Below, piece by piece: positions 61,008-64,000 of a stretch of 64,000 nt of DNA. The position numbers and the translations under genes are program-made. A model generated the notes under the pieces. It searched no databases. It had not been told where the DNA came from and worked only from the letters and a program-made list of their open reading frames with translations. Every line of letters starts with the position of its first letter. Position 1 is the stretch's first letter. This stretch comes from Dipteris shenzhenensis (taxonomy: Eukaryota), in the NCBI GenBank assembly GCA_047967505.1, contig CM106538.1, one strand, 5' to 3'.

Positions 61008-64000
61008 TGTTAGAAATCAAGAGGGAATGAATCACTCAAACCTCCACCCAAGATCTCTCCAACTCTTACACACACTTAACTCAGAAATAAATATGGACGG
61101 AGAGAGAGAGAGAGTATATTCATCCACCAGATGGTGGGCAAAAAAATAGCTCCAAGGGAGCAGTACAAAACACAGCAGACTACTGGAGAAAACTGATGGA
61201 CTCTCTCTCTCACAACCTGCTCTAGATCTGAGTGCTAAACACGGCCTTGGAGAGGGGCTTTCAATCTTGCACTAGATGCTAGAATGAATAGAGGAGTAGG
61301 CCTTTTATAGGCACTGCCCAGGCCCCTTGAGTTGACTAACCAGCAGGGTCGGTACCCTGTTTGGTGGCCAACCACATGGGCCCTAGAAAACCGACCAAGG
61401 TTGGCCTTGGTCGGTGGCCCTGGTTGGGCTGACTTGGCCTGCCACAGGCCCCTATATAAGGGTGCCTTGTGCAGCCATTTTGCGCTACTGCAGGAGCCTC
61501 CATGTGAGGCCTAAAGCCCTATTTTACCTGCTGTTGCAGGCTGCAACCAGCCCATGTGCTGGTTGCCTATGATGCCAACCTGAGTCTCTCTCTCTCTAGC
61601 CCTCCTACCTCTCACTACCCCTTGTCCCCTCAAATCAGGGGCTCACAGGTGGGCACAGTGAGTTTCTAACACCCCCCCTCAATGTCACAACTGTGGGCCA
61701 ATCCCCATTCGTTTGATGAGGTGCTCCATTTATTCTTGAGAAAGTGCCTTCGTGAAGAGGTCGAACAAGTTGTTAGCGGTCGGGCAGTACATAAGCTCAA
61801 TCACATCGTCGATGGTGAGCTCTCGAACAAAGTGGTAATGAACTTCGATTTGCTTGGTCCGCGCATGGTATACTGGATTCTTGGCAATGGCTATGTAACT
61901 TTGATTGTCACACATCAGCATTGTTGCGTCCTCCTAACATACGTCCATGTCCTCCAGAATCCACCTCAACCACAGTGTCTCACAAGTTGCTGTACATGCG
62001 GCTCGGTACTCTGCCTCTGTAGATGAAAGGGCCACTGTGGGTTGCTTCTTACTTAGCCAAGAGATGGCACTAGATGCAAGTAAGAAACAATACCCTGTTG
62101 TTGATCTCCTGGTGTCAGCATCACGCGCCCAATCACTGTCACAGAACCCGCCTAGTTCAATGCCTTTGGTATAGGTGATCTCGTAGGTGCAAGTACCCTT
62201 TAGATACCTCAGCACTCGTAAACCTGCATCCCAATGACTCTTCCTAGGAGAAGCTGAGAACTGGCATAATCGCCCAACTGCATAACAAATATCAGGTCGA
62301 GTATTGGTAAGGTCAACCAAACTTCCTACCAATTGTCAGTACAAAGGAGTATCGACCGGCTGAGATGTGTCGTGAACACTTAGCTTGAGCCCGACCTCCA
62401 TGGGAGTTACTGCTGTCCTGCAATCCTCCATCTGAAATCTCTTTAGAAGTTCTCTGCAATATTTCTCTGTGAAATGAAGATCCTGTCTTTGGCCTGCTTT
62501 ACTTCTATCCCAAGGAAGTAGTGTAATAACCCAAGGTCAGTCATCTCAAACTCAAACATGAGTAGCATCTTGACCTGAGAAATCTTCTTGACATGGTCAC
62601 CTGTCAAGATAAGATCATCAACATAGAGGATGAGTACCAATCGTAACCCCTTCTCAATGAACAAGTAGAGGTTTGCTTCAGAAGGGCTCCGACTTAGCCC
62701 TATCTTCAGAAAGAATGCATCAATCCTTTGGTACCAAGCTCTGGGGGCCTGTTTCAGCCTGTATAGCGCCTTCTTCAACCTGCAGACCTTTAATGGGGAC
62801 CTTGGATCTTGAAAGCCCGGTGGCTGCTCTACGTATACCTCCAGGGTTCCATTAAGGAATGCGGACTTCATGTCTATTTGAAAAATAGGCCACTGGAATT
62901 GGGCAGCAAGGTCAATCACTGTCCGGATAGTAACCATGCGAGCTGTGGGAGCAAAAGTTTCATCAAAATCCATGCCTTCAGTTTGAGCAAACCTTTGACT
63001 ACTAACCTTGCTTTATACTTATCCAAGCTGCTATCTGATTTGTATTTAAGTTTGTATACCCACTTAGTGCCGATGACTTTCCGTCGCGGGGACCTAGCCA
63101 CTAAGTCCCAGGTATTGTTCTTCAGGATAGCATCCATCTCTACTTGCATGGCAGCCTGCCATTCTGGATGGTCCTTTGCCTCCTCGAAGTCCTTGGCTCT
63201 TCAAGCTAAGCCACCAATGCAAAATTCATGGATGGGGTCTTCTGAAGACGTTGGGACCGTCGCAATCCGAAACTGCTACTCTCAGGTATTTCAGTGACCC
63301 GAGAGTCTTCCAATGTCTATAGGTACCGTTGGGGCAACCTCTTCTACTTCTCAGTGGGAGGAGGAACTGGAACTGCTTCTGGAACATCTTGCTCTTCCTC
63401 AGTACCTTGTGGAACATTAGCTTCCGATTTCACCACCTCTTGGATGGTCAAGCTGGGGCGGGGTGGGTTCGGGGGTTGAAAAATCTCCTCCTCCTCAATC
63501 TGAGGCTCCTCCTGGGGTTTAGGTTCCTTTTCCTCGAAGACAACATCCCGATTGATAAGGATCTGCTTCTTTACTGGGTCGAAGAGTCGATAGGCCTTGG
63601 ATTCTTCGCTATACCCAACAAAGATACATTTTCTGCTCTAAGAATCAAGCTTGGTCCTGTCTTCCTTGTGCACATGCGCCCATGCATTAGAACCAAAAAT
63701 GTGAAGAGAGTGATAGAGGGCTTCTTACCATAAAATGCCTCATATGGAATCGTGTCCTTGATGGCCTTCGTCTTGGTCCTATTGAGAATGTGTATGGCTG
63801 TGTTGATTGCTTCACTCCAATAGGCTTTAGAAATGTTCCTACCTTGGAGCATAGCAAGCCCTGTCTCTGTGGTGGTTCTATGCTTCCTCTCGGCTACCCT
63901 GTTTTGCTGAGAAGTATGTGTTGTGGTGAGTTGTCGCTTGATCCCATGCTTGCAACAAAATGTGTTGAACTCATTTGAGGTGAATTCTCCCCCCCTGTCT
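61008..64000 (-). mobile_element. Ty1/copia element (3' LTR 61008-61671, PPT, RNase H/RT/integrase), runs off the window end
   Basis: TGTTAGAAA..TTTCTAACA termini; C7 PPT at 61672-61678; FCDSDWA, YVDDL, KQAPRAW, YWSEAINTA motifs with frameshifts. Confidence 0.93.

Overview
Eukaryotic, TE-saturated plant DNA. The Met-tRNA-primed Ty1/copia elements, (GA)n/(CT)n tracts and gene style suggest a land plant, possibly a fern or other non-seed plant (inference, not provable here). The only convincing host gene is the 3' end of a TRAPPC13-like gene on the + strand (exons 39108-39152, 39260-39358, 41785-41805); I found no upstream exon, so the first 39 kb may be a single intron. That 39 kb holds several copia elements (some nested), a non-coding non-autonomous LTR element, a young gag-only (TR-GAG-like) element, a ~182-bp satellite array with a 4-mer higher-order duplication, a Sola2-like transposase relic and an ORF1-only 'half-LINE' with poly(A) and an 18-bp TSD. 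Downstream (about 44.0-51.9 kb) lies a decayed, spliced, divergently arranged cassette: a ParB-like (WDGNH) protein, a beta-class N4/N6 DNA-methyltransferase-like segment and an FCP1/NIF HAD phosphatase on the minus strand, two large hairpins, and a transposase-like gene on the plus strand. This cassette is the best candidate for an undescribed mobile system. A second recurrent signal: in all six intact PPT/3'-LTR junctions in the window (five families), the junction sits in the loop of a family-specific stem. All protein family calls are from motif recognition by eye, not database searches.
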